64,000 nt of DNA, from NCBI GenBank assembly GCA_043228905.1, contig JBHGNT010000016.1, positions 17,732,001 to 17,796,000 of the forward strand, in the 5' to 3' direction. Position numbers and translations under genes: made by a program. Shown here piece by piece: positions 53,686-64,000 of the stretch (position 1 is its first letter; each line of letters opens with the position of its first letter). This DNA is from Azolla caroliniana. Lineage: Eukaryota > Plantae > Polypodiophyta. The notes beneath the pieces were generated by a model, which was given only the letters and a program-made list of their open reading frames with translations, did no database searches and was not told the DNA's origin.

Positions 53686-56649
53686 TTCTTCCGATGCATT
53701 GCAATCACTCTTGCCTCCCATTCCGTTACATGGTATCAGAGCGAGGTTGCATGATTAAGCCTATTCGTCTGTGTTGTGCTACACGCCGAAGATCAACAGA
53801 ACCGGCCCATCAACAAAGAAGAAATCACCATGAATACTCAAATGGGAAGCGCCCTTCCTACCGAGAAGCTCGACAGAATGAACTTTGCATCTTGGGAATA
53901 CAAGATGCATCAATACCTTGTCGGACAAGGCTACTGGAGCTACATCGAAGGAGCTCACGAATCACAACCCAACCCAACACACGCCGACTATCCCACTTGG
54001 GAGCAGGCCACAAGCCGTGTGTTGTATTGCCTTGCATCATGCGTTCATGATCATATGCTTGGCTACATTCGAGAGGCAAAAACGCCGAAGCAGGCGTGGG
54101 AAAACCTCAAGAAGATTTTCGTAGCCAATACGGCCGCAGGAAAGCTTCAACTTCGACAAGAGCTCAACAATCTTCAACAAAGGGACATGTCAATCGGCAA
54201 CTACACCTTAAAGATCAAGGAGTTGTGCGATGCCCTTGGATTGATCAATGTTAGCATTGACAACGAAGAAATGGTGCAGATATGCCTCGGTGGCTTGGCA
54301 CCGCGATTTGGCGCAATAAGATTGGCCGTTCTCGCGAGAGAGAATCCTCCCTCCTTTTTTTATCTCCAATCATTGTTGCTAGTTGAAGAGAATCACGTGC
54401 ATCAAAGGAACAACACGCATGACGGACAAGTGCTATATTCGAACTTCGATGGAGGAAGAGGACAAAGCCACGGAAGGAGAGGTCGATTCAGCCAAGGCTG
54501 ACACAACCAAGACCTTAACTCCCACCAATGGCAAGTGGACAAAAACGGCCCCAGAGAGTTCGACGGAAGGGTGAGTCATCACGCCAGACCGAGCAACCGG
54601 AGGAACCCAGTTGAGTGCGGGTACTACGGAAAACCCAATCACTACGAAGAGGAGTGTCAGAAAAGAAGCGTGAGGAAGGCCGACAACTAACAAATTATGC
54701 CACGAACTCCGACTACGGTGACCACGGCGGAATGTTCATAATGAAGCACGAAGCACACTCAATGTCCGCACTTGCGTCAACTACCGATTCCACTCCGAAC
54801 AACGTATGGTTTGTCGATTCAGGAGCATCCAATCACATGACGTCCCATGAAGATTGGTTTCGGGAACTACGGAAGCCCGAACATCCCGAATATGTTGAAA
54901 CATGAGATGACATGACTCACCCAATACAGCATATCGGGAACATCCCATTCAGAAATGACGGCAAACAGGCCTACCTCAAGAATGTGCTGCATGTCCCCAC
55001 TATTACGAAAAACTTGGTCTCGGTTGGCCAGATTGTCGAACAAGGAATGCAAGTATGCTTCAATAACGATGGGTGCTTCATTGAAAAAGGCGATCAAGTC
55101 ATAGCTCACGGCTGTCGTGAAGGCCGTATGTTCATCCTCAAATCGAGCGAGGTAAAATCGGCCATGTTTGCAAAGGGCCAGAAAGTCGAAACCGACTTGA
55201 AACTGTGGCACAAGAGAATCGGCTACATCAACCTCCAAAAGCCCCAGAACATGCTATCGAAAGGAGTCGTAATCGGACTCCCGAACTTTATGGCGAAGGA
55301 GATTACAGGCGTATGCGAAGCATGTCAGTGCGGAAAGCAACGCTGTCACCCATTCCCTAAAGAGCGGAATGTGAACAAAGGAATCTTGGATGTCGTACAT
55401 TCAGATGTGTGGGGACCAGCCCAGACAGCAACATTCGGCGGATGCCGATACTATGTCACGTTCATCGACGACTTCTCTAGGAACACCTGGATCTATCCGA
55501 TGAAGCAGAAGAGTCAAGTTTTCAGGCACTTCCAGATTTTCAAAGCCGAAGTCGAATAAACTACAGGTCGGCATGTACGATGTCTTCGATCAGATGGAGG
55601 CAAAGAATATTTTTTGGATGAATTTACGGTGCTTCACTCTCTCGACAGTGAATTTGAAGATCTCGACATCCGCATAGATGGAGCGAAGAAAGCCATACTC
55701 CCCACGGATCGAGAGCTATGCCGATCCACATGTGTAAACCGATACGGCTACGACAAGTACATGGCGTAACACTACGCTTTTATGATGAAAGTGGCGTCAG
55801 TACGGGAACCGGAAATGGTTTCCGAAGCCACAAAGGATCCGTGATGGATCAACGGGATGAATGAGGAGATGGAAGCTTTATGCAAAAACGAGACATGGGA
55901 TCTCGTTCCTCTCCCGATCTACAACATACTAGTACGCACCTCCAAGTTGCTGATATATTTACGAAGGCCTTAGGAGTTGACAAGCTTGGGCAATTTGCAT
56001 CGGACCTTCGTCTCACGACATCTACATTGCCGAACTTGAGGGGGAGTACAGGTACAGGCGACGTGGAAGCGATACACAACACATACGCAATTGATCGAGT
56101 ACGCGAGTACGCAACATAGCCGACTAGACAAGTCGAAGTACGAACCGAACAACCTTCTCGATAGATAGAAGTTGCGTTCGAAGGGGCGTATTGAGAGTCG
56201 AACTCAACTTCCCATAGATAGGTTTCACACTAGCTCATGGACATGTTGGGCTAGTTTTGTAAATAGTAGAAAGGGCAGTTGCCCTAGCTTAGTTGGTATA
56301 TAAACCAACGCATTGTAACTTAGTTACTGTTGGATGTTTTATGTTTGATGCATTTTTGGTTAATATTGTCACGGACAAGTATAATAGTGTAGAACGAAGA
56401 TAAGATTGGAGAACAAGAGAGAGGAAAAGAACAAGAACTCAACTTATAGAATCCGTAACTTGTGTTGTTCACCTTGATTAGAATCAAGGTGCACATGATT
56501 ATTTATACAAGAGGGTAGGGCTATGTAAGCCAGCTTGAAATAGAGTGCATGAGGATGCATGCAAGCTAGAGAGTGAGAATGCATGTAAGCTAGGAACTTC
56601 CAATGTTCAATCTACACTATATGTATGAAGTTGAATTAAATACAAGGAT

Positions 56650-56734
56650 GCATATGTAGCTCAAGTGGTAGGGTTTGCCTAGTAGAGACCATGAGGTCTT
56701 GGGTTTAATCCCTACCTTCCTCTGTGGCATATGT
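56650..56734 (+). ncRNA. tRNA-derived (SINE-head-like) Pol III cassette in the chromovirus 3' LTR
   Basis: A box TAGCTCAAGTGG at 56657-56668 and B-box-like GGTTTAATCC at 56702-56711, 45 nt start-to-start. Bracketed by GCATATGT at 56650 and 56727. Expression not shown. Confidence 0.65.
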
Positions 56735-59700
56735 CTATGACATTATCCTCCCTCTAAGGCCACCTCCTAGCACCCACGACCGGTTTATGGGGGTATCGTT
56801 GGTGAAAAGCGTGAATTGCCTCTGGTGCATTTTGTAAGTGTGTAACTGGTTCCCATGTGGCATTCGAAAGAGGGCAACCTTTCCATAGGACCAAGTATTG
56901 AAATCGTCGTCGACGCAAGTGAGAGTTGAGGTTCTGATCAACCTCATACTCCTCACCTGTTGATAATTCCACAGGTGGCGGCGGAGGAGGTTGGTGTCCC
57001 GGTATGCGAGAAGGATGATAGAGTTTGAGGAGAGAGACGTGGAAAACATTGTGAAGCTGAAATGTGGGGGGAAGCACTAATCGGAAGGCGACTGGGTTAA
57101 CGTGCTCGAGGATACAGTAGGGGCCTAGCTTTTTGTAGTCGAGCTTCGCACAGGGACGAGTGGTTGCGATATGTTGTCGTAGGAACCAAACCATGTCACC
57201 GACTGCGAAGGTCGGCGTGACTAAGCGATGTCGGTCAGCGTGAGCTTTATACTATTTGCCAGCGGCACGGAGCTCGAGGGAGAGGTCACGGTGGACATCT
57301 TGTAAGGTGTGGGCACGCTTCTCGGCCGACGGATTGATGGATATCTCCGGAATGGAAATGCTGAAATGAGGGTGGAAACCGTAATTTGCAAAGAATGCGG
57401 AAACTTTAGTTGAGGCATGGATATTGTTATTGTAGGCAAATTCCACCATGGCAAGGAGGTCCACCCAATCGTATTGTTGGTAGCTAACTGAACAACGGAG
57501 GTATTGTTCGAGGATTTGGTTGACTCTTTCGGTTTGGCCATCAGTTTGAGGGTGGTGAGCGGTTGACAAGTTCACAGAAGTCCCAAATGTCTATAGCAGT
57601 CGACGCCAAAAGTGGGAGATAAATTGAGGCCCTCGATCAGAAGTGACATCCTCAAGCAAACCGTGTAAGCGGACGACATTTTTCAGAGAAAGGGCAGTTG
57701 TCTCCTCCCCCGAAATGGTTTTCAAACATGGGACAAAGTGAGCCATCTTCGAAAACCGATCGACGACCACTAGCACCGTGTCATGGTCACCGACTCCAGG
57801 AAGGTCGGTGATAAAGTCCATGGAGAGAGATGCGCAAGGTCGACTAGGGATTGGAAGTGGGTGTAGAAGGCCATATGGACGATGGTGAGCCGCTTTGGAA
57901 TGAGCACAGACGTCACAAGTTTTGATAAATTCTTTGACCAATTTCCAAGGTTGAGGCCACCAAAACCCCCGAGAAAGCAATGCTAGCGTTTTGGCAACCC
58001 CAAAGTGTCCGACAAGAGGATCATCGTGGCAAGTTTGTAGAACTCGGAGGTGACATGGGCCATCTGGTACGTAAAGGAGGTGATTACGATAGAGTAGCCC
58101 ATCGTGAGTTGTAAAGTGACTGAGATTTGAGCTTTGTCGTTCCTAGGATGGGTTGTTGAGGCGCACCATGATGTCAGTAGCGAAAGGGTCCGACGTAGTT
58201 GCTTGGGCAATCTCATTTAGCAAGGAATCATCGTGCAACATATAGGTTGCGAACATGTGGAGTTGATCGGGCCACAATAAACAATGCGATTGCTCAGAAT
58301 AAGCGTCGTCGCCTGGACGCAATGCAAAATTGGGTCGCCGAGAGAGAGCATCTGCTTTCCCATGTTGAACGCTGAGACGGAACAAGATTTCAAAGTCGTA
58401 GTCGGCAAGAAAAGATGACCAACGAGCCTGCCTCCGATTCAACGTACGAGTGGTGGTGAAGTAGATGAGATTCTTGTGGTCGGTCACCACTTGAATACGA
58501 TGTTGCGCCCCAGCCAAATAGGGTCTCCATTTAGCAAAGGCTGAGATGATAGCTGCGAGCTCCTTGTCGTAGACCGGATAATTGATTTCCGGGGCTATAA
58601 ACTTCCGAGAGTAGAAGGCGACCGGATGTAGGGTGCCATTGTCATCAGGTTGGGACAAGACCGCACCTATGGCAAATTCGGAGGCGTCGGTTTCAACCTG
58701 GAAAGGGCGGGTGGGATCCGAGTGGACTAACAGGGGGGTGGAGAGAAAAACTGCTTTGAGGGCATTAAAAGCATTATGTGTTGCGGGGGTCCAAAGAAAT
58801 GGAGTATCTTTCCGGGTAAGTTGGATGAGAGGTTGGACTAGGGATGAGAACTCATCTATAAATTGTCTATAAAAATTTGCAAAACCAAGAAACGATTGTA
58901 CCTCTTTCAGCCGAGTTGGGAGAGGCCAATCAGCGATTGCGGCGACCTTGCGTTTATCCATTGTGATCTTGGTAGGTGAGATCATGTAACCCAGGAATTC
59001 CACAGAGGTCCGATCGAATTCACATTTCTCACTTTTGGCAAAGAGCCCATATTCTCAGAGTTTGGTGAGAATTAGCCGGACATGGTGTGTGTGCTCCTCC
59101 CAGTTGGAAGAAAAAACTAGGATGTCGTCAAGGTAGATGACCATGAAATGATTGAGATACTCTCGAAAAATATTATTCATCATGTGTTGGAAGATGGTCG
59201 GAGCGTTGGTAAGGCCTAAAGGCCTCACTTTGTACTCGAAATGTCCATAGCGTGTTTGAAAAGTTGTTTTCCACTCGTCCCCAGGCTTGATGCGCACCAA
59301 ATTGTAGGCGCCCCGAAGGTCGATTTTGGAGAAGATATGCCCCGTTCGGAGTCGATCGAGGAGCGTTGGAATTAAGGGCAAGGGGTAACGATTACGTACC
59401 GTAACTTTGTTGAGACCCCGATAATCGACACATAAGCGTAAGGAGCCGTCCTTCTTTTTGACAAATAAGATTGGTGCCCCGGCCAGTGATTTGGAGGGTT
59501 GAATGAAGCCCTTCATGAGATTCTCAGCCAAATATGTGCGGAGAGCCTCAAGTTCGGGTTTGGATAACCCATAGATAGGACCGAATGGGGGATGCTCGCC
59601 ATCTTGGAGTTCTATTGGGCAATCGTAGGGGCGATGAGCCGGTAATCGATCGACATTTTGCTTTTCGAAGATGTCGGAAAAGTCGCTATATCGGATGGGT

Positions 59701-61200
59701 AAATTGGTGACAGGAATGGTGGCGTTCTCCGACACAACGACCAGTGTAACGACCAAACCGGACTCGACCGCAACAGAATCAAGAGAGTGTCGTGACCAAG
59801 CAGGAATTGGCATTGTTGGAAAAGTGATGGAGCGGCTACACCAATCCACCATCGGATTGTGTGTCTCCAACCAAGATAGCCCCAACACAATCGGATGTCG
59901 GGGGGTCGCGATGAGGTAGAACATCAGTTCCTCCTGGTGTGCCCCGATTTGAAGTACCAACGGGATAGTGGCATTGGTAACCGCCCCTGATGAGAGAACC
60001 CGACCATCGATCGCTTCAACGGATATGGGTTGTGATGTGCGGACGGTGGGGATATTATGTACGCATACAACCGATTTATCGATAAAGCAAGTAGATGCTC
60101 CGGAGTCGAGCAAGGCATGAGAATGTATTGAAGTCGAACCAAAACAAAGACTTACTTGCAAAGAAAACCCTCCTAATGGCGGTTTGGACTTGTAGGAGCA
60201 TGGAGAAGGTGAGTAATAGGAAGCGTCCAACGGCATGGCTCCTACTGCAGCTGGACTTGGTCGTTTTCCTGTTGTCGAGGAACCTTCGCAAGACGTGCAC
60301 GATGGAATTGGTGTCGAGGGCCTCGCATAGGGCAGTGGGGATGACATGGCCGGGGTTGCCACAATAGAGACAGAGTCCATTGTCTCGACGATGTTGGCGT
60401 TGGGCTTCAGTTAGTGGTTGGAACCGAGCATGGTTGATCTCCATCGGGGTATGGGAAATGACCTTCATTGTGGTATGGGTTTTACTGGCTGATGGTAAGG
60501 TTGGCGTGGGCGACAAGTAGGGCCTGGTGATTGTTGCGTTCCAAGAAGAAGCCTGAGACCCGCGAGTCCCCCGTTCTTCTTGATGAAGTTCGAAAAGACG
60601 ATTGTCACACTGGACGGCTTGGGAGATTACCTGAGACAACGATGTGGGCTCCGGGAAGTTTAAGAGAAGAGTCTTAACGTCATTTCGGAGACCACGATGG
60701 AAATGGTCGCATAGGGCTCGGTCATCCCAACTAACATCGCAGGCAATCTGGCGGAACTTTGAGGCGTAGATCGAGGCAGGACGTGAACCTTGTTGGACAA
60801 AAGAAAGCTTTGTGAGTGCCATTCATCGCCAATCTGTCTCGCCAAATGTCACTTTGAGCTCCTCCATGAAAGCGGTGAAGTCCTCCAAGAGAGGGGATGA
60901 GATCTCGATCAAGGGTGCAAACCACGCTTGCGCCGGCCCAGAGAGAAGCATGCCAACAAGCCCAACCGTAACTTGTGTTGTTCACCTTGATTAGAATCAA
61001 GGTGCACATGAGTATTTATACAAGAGGGTAGGGCTATTTAAGCCAGCTTGAAATAGAGTGCATGAGGATGCATGCAATAGAGTATGCATGAGGATGCATG
61101 CAATAGAGAATGCATGCAAGCTAGAGAATGAGAATGCATGTAAGCTAGGAACTTCCAATGTTCAATCTATACTATATGAAGTTGAATTAAACACAAGGAT

Positions 61201-61285
61201 GTATATGTAGCTCAAGTGGTAGGGTTTGCCCAATAGAGACTATGAGGCCTTGGGTTCAATCCTTACCTTCCTTTGTGGCATATGT
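61201..61285 (+). ncRNA. tRNA-derived (SINE-head-like) Pol III cassette in the chromovirus 5' LTR
   Basis: A box TAGCTCAAGTGG at 61208-61219 and B box GGTTCAATCC at 61253-61262. D-arm-like GCTC/GGGT pairing, but the anticodon stem does not pair. Expression not shown. Confidence 0.7.
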
Positions 61286-62399
61286 TTATGACAAATATAC
61301 GTTTTATCTATCTCTGCCTTAAGAGCTCTCTCTCTCTCCCTCCCTCTGTTGCCTCACACACACACTCTCTCTCAATCTTCTTCCGCTGCATTGCAATCAC
61401 TCTTGCCTCCCATTTCGTTACACTTTTGTTGAAGAGGAGTTTCATCTTTTTATACAAACTTTTTTGTTCTTTTCAAATAAACTTAGCCTCTGGCAAGTTT
61501 TATTGCCATTTTTTGCGTATCAAGCATAGAGACATACTATCATCTTATGTGTAGGGCCTTGGATTTTACCCACCTCATGTACCCATACATTTTGATGTTA
61601 GGCATAAAGAAACAATCTCTGAATAATGTGGCGAGCTCTCTTATTAGTTTGGTAGGGGTTTCTCCTTCTTCTTTTGATATGCCTCAAAATACCACATTTG
61701 GATGCACATTCCCTTTTGAACCACATGTATTGTCAAACATACAACTTGTACTTGTGATAGGATTCTTGATACTCTCTCTCATGATGTTTGCTCATTTTTT
61801 ATTTCATTCTAGTTTCTTCTCATGTATATATATGCCTTTCTTGAGAGTTTTTATGTCCCATCTCATGGAAGCATGTACATTTTTGGTATTTCTTCCTCGA
61901 GGGAATTCACGTTCCTTTGATGGAATGGGCAATAGATGAGATAGATTTTATTTCCTTTCTGCATATAAATACATCTTGCCCAATTTCCATTACTAGTTCA
62001 TTGACCCTTAAGAAAGGTCTTCCTAACAAGCAATCATATGACATTTTACTAATGAACCTTTTCATAATGAATATGAGATTGAATTTTACCCCATACACTT
62101 AAAATATGGGATTCACAACCATCCCTTCAAGTTTTTGTATTGAACTATTTGCCACTCATAACTTGACGTATGAAGCGACTATTTTTGGATTGTTACACTT
62201 TTGCTAGCCTTCGTAGCTTACAATAATAACCCCCTAATGCACTTGTTTATATTTTTCAATCTTTGTTTTGGATGATGCCACCTCCTCTCCGAGGAATTGG
62301 GTTGCTAGTAAGTAGCAAGTCACCAACATGTGGCTAGGAGAAATAGATGAGATATATATATATGTATGTTTTCTAATGTATTGGAAATATTTCAACGAC

Positions 62400-64000
62400 A
62401 GAGGAATCATATTTTATTAGACAGTTCTCCGGTTTATTAGAAAACTTATCTTTCAATCAAATAATTGTTAGAATTGAAACTTCGATGTGATTTGCTTTAG
62501 GAAGAAAGGTACACAAATATTACAATATAATCAAACATGCATTTATTCCTTATTTTTATAGAAAAGTTCAAAGTGTAAGCTTCTTGGATTTCATTTGCTT
62601 TATTCCTCGGTGTAGGAATCTATTTCCCTTTCCAGCTCAACCAATATGTAGAAGAATCTATTTACCTCCCACCTCAATCACATATTTCGAATTGATAAGG
62701 ATAATACATTTAATTGGTATTCATTTCTTATCATTGTCCCATTCTTCAATGTGGTGACATGCCTCTAAACTAAACCTCATGAGCCATCACAATATGTAGT
62801 TGTCTGGTGTCTAAACACCTAGCGGGTTTACCAATGTGCGCTATGTTGTCAATTTTCTTTTGGATGTTATACATGTCAAGCACACATATTTTTTGTTGCT
62901 TATAGATTCTTGTTAATTGTCGTGGCTAATGACTATTAGCATGCATCGTGAGCAAATGAGTAAGGACCTTGAATTATTTGGAAGGTTGTACGTTCATGCT
63001 CACTATGTGTCCTTAGGCAATACAATTTGGTTATTTGGCACGCCTAGCACCAACCATGTTTCACACGCCTATAATGAATTGAAACAGAAATGCTTGTTAC
63101 TTGTGATCACCAAGCATTAAGAGGCGCTTGATGTAATTTTCTAACAAATATGTGGGTGGTAATTGTTATTAGAAAAAGGGTCAATGAGCCTAAAAACATT
63201 ACGATGATAATAAGGTTTTGAAGAATGTAAATGAAGATTTGACCCATGGATCGAGATGTACGCTACATAGGCAAGTCGTGATAAAAGTAGAGGAGTTACC
63301 AGTGTTCCTAGAAACGTGAAAAGGAGAAAGTAGAGAAGGCCATCTTTAGAAGGGAAGGCTATGATTGGATGAGGTAAAGTACAATATGTAAAGAGATGAG
63401 TAGACTTCGCTAGAGGTGTTTGCTATTGAGGGACATGTCGATACGTACCTCAACACATAATTGGTTGCTGGCTTGTGATGTCATATGAAGTTTTTTCCAA
63501 TACGTACTCAATAAGTTGTAGCCTATTGATGGGGTATGGTCACTTGCTAAAAAAGAGTGCAAGCATGGTGCTTTAGCAAACTTTGATACCAATATGTCTG
63601 ATTCATTTTCTAAAGTACTTTTGTTGTTTATGCTAAAAAAAAGGTGAAAACTTAACACTAGAGGGAAGGTGTCCCTACCCAATGTATTTTAGGGTCGTAG
63701 GAATCTATGTAGAGGGGGCTATACAATAGAGAAAAAGGTATCATCATTCACCGATGCTAGTAAAAATAAAGTTTTAAAGTTTTCGGTTGCGAATTTTCGT
63801 CAAGGGGTCAAGGGAATGAAATTCAAAAGCATAGGTAGAATTTTCTACTGAATCCTAATAAGTTTGTAGCATCATCTCATTCCTGAAGGAGACTATGCGA
63901 GTACTAAAGAAAAGCATCAACACTTAACCTACATGTTGCGTATATGTGTCAACACCCACACTCATCCTTACTATTGATATACATGTCCCTACGAAGCATC
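62400..64000 (-). mobile_element. Very decayed Gypsy-like remnant (RNase H / integrase / possible chromodomain)
   Basis: Minus-strand remnants FLASDH (~63545), an integrase-core-like segment at ~62980-63130 and SWKG (~62630). No intact frame. Confidence 0.45.

Larger units (their letters stand above)
56367..61293 (-). mobile_element. Ty3/Gypsy chromovirus (Tcn1-like) with disrupted ORFs
   Basis: TSD AATAT at 56362-56366 and 61294-61298. 3' LTR 56367-56742 with adjacent PPT AGAGGGAGGATAA; 5' LTR remnant 60966-61293. Gag (CLYCGNPGH), protease LLDSGAS, RT YLDD, RNase H ETDAS/YDKEL/TDHKNL, integrase SMDFI/SDRG/TERVN, GPY, and chromodomain EEYEVD..YLVLWKG..ATWEP. Confidence 0.96.
53426..61422 (+). 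mobile_element. Internally deleted Ty1/Copia element whose 3' LTR is split by a chromovirus
   Basis: 5' LTR 53426-53730; PBS TGGTATCAGAGC 53731-53742; 3' LTR = 56189-56366 plus 61294-61422; TSD CTTTT at 53421-53425 and 61423-61427. Gag (KLDRMNFASW), protease WFVDSGAS and integrase HSDVWGP are present; most of RT/RNase H is deleted at ~55915. Confidence 0.95.
50839..62300 (-). mobile_element. Old, heavily decayed Ty3/Gypsy element hosting the nested Copia (its own sequence is ~50839-53425 and 61428-62300)
   Basis: Protease-like SYDCLLGRPFL at ~62020, RT-like remnants at ~52650-53200, and PPT-like GGTTGGGGGGAA followed by TGTTAAG at 51132. Ends uncertain. Confidence 0.55.

Noticed and set aside
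56650-56734. Functional tRNA gene
   Set aside because: The anticodon stem does not pair and the 3' acceptor strand does not follow the T-arm, so it is reported only as a tRNA-derived cassette.

Overview
Land-plant nuclear DNA. The intronless PLS-type PPR genes and the Tcn1-like chromovirus suggest a non-seed plant, probably a fern (inference). Six host loci are visible: a WD40-cyclophilin (CYP71/PPWD1; 11 exons seen, last exon(s) not in the window), an orphan secreted His/Cys-rich protein, two PLS-class PPR genes without a DYW domain, a disrupted X8-domain gene and a highly diverged pirin-like gene. They lie among many transposons: a near-complete Copia with TSD inside a decayed LINE inside a CYP71 intron, two further Copia elements, several L1/Tx1-type LINE copies, two MITEs, and a triple nest (old Gypsy > Copia > chromovirus) at 50.8-62.3 kb. 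The most unusual signals are (i) a tRNA-derived RNA polymerase III A-box/B-box cassette in both LTRs of a protein-coding chromovirus, antisense to the element, (ii) the modular His-rich/Cys-rich secreted precursor, and (iii) a pirin that has lost its iron-binding motif but keeps a clean spliced ORF. All calls were made by eye, with no database searches, so the boundaries of decayed elements are approximate.
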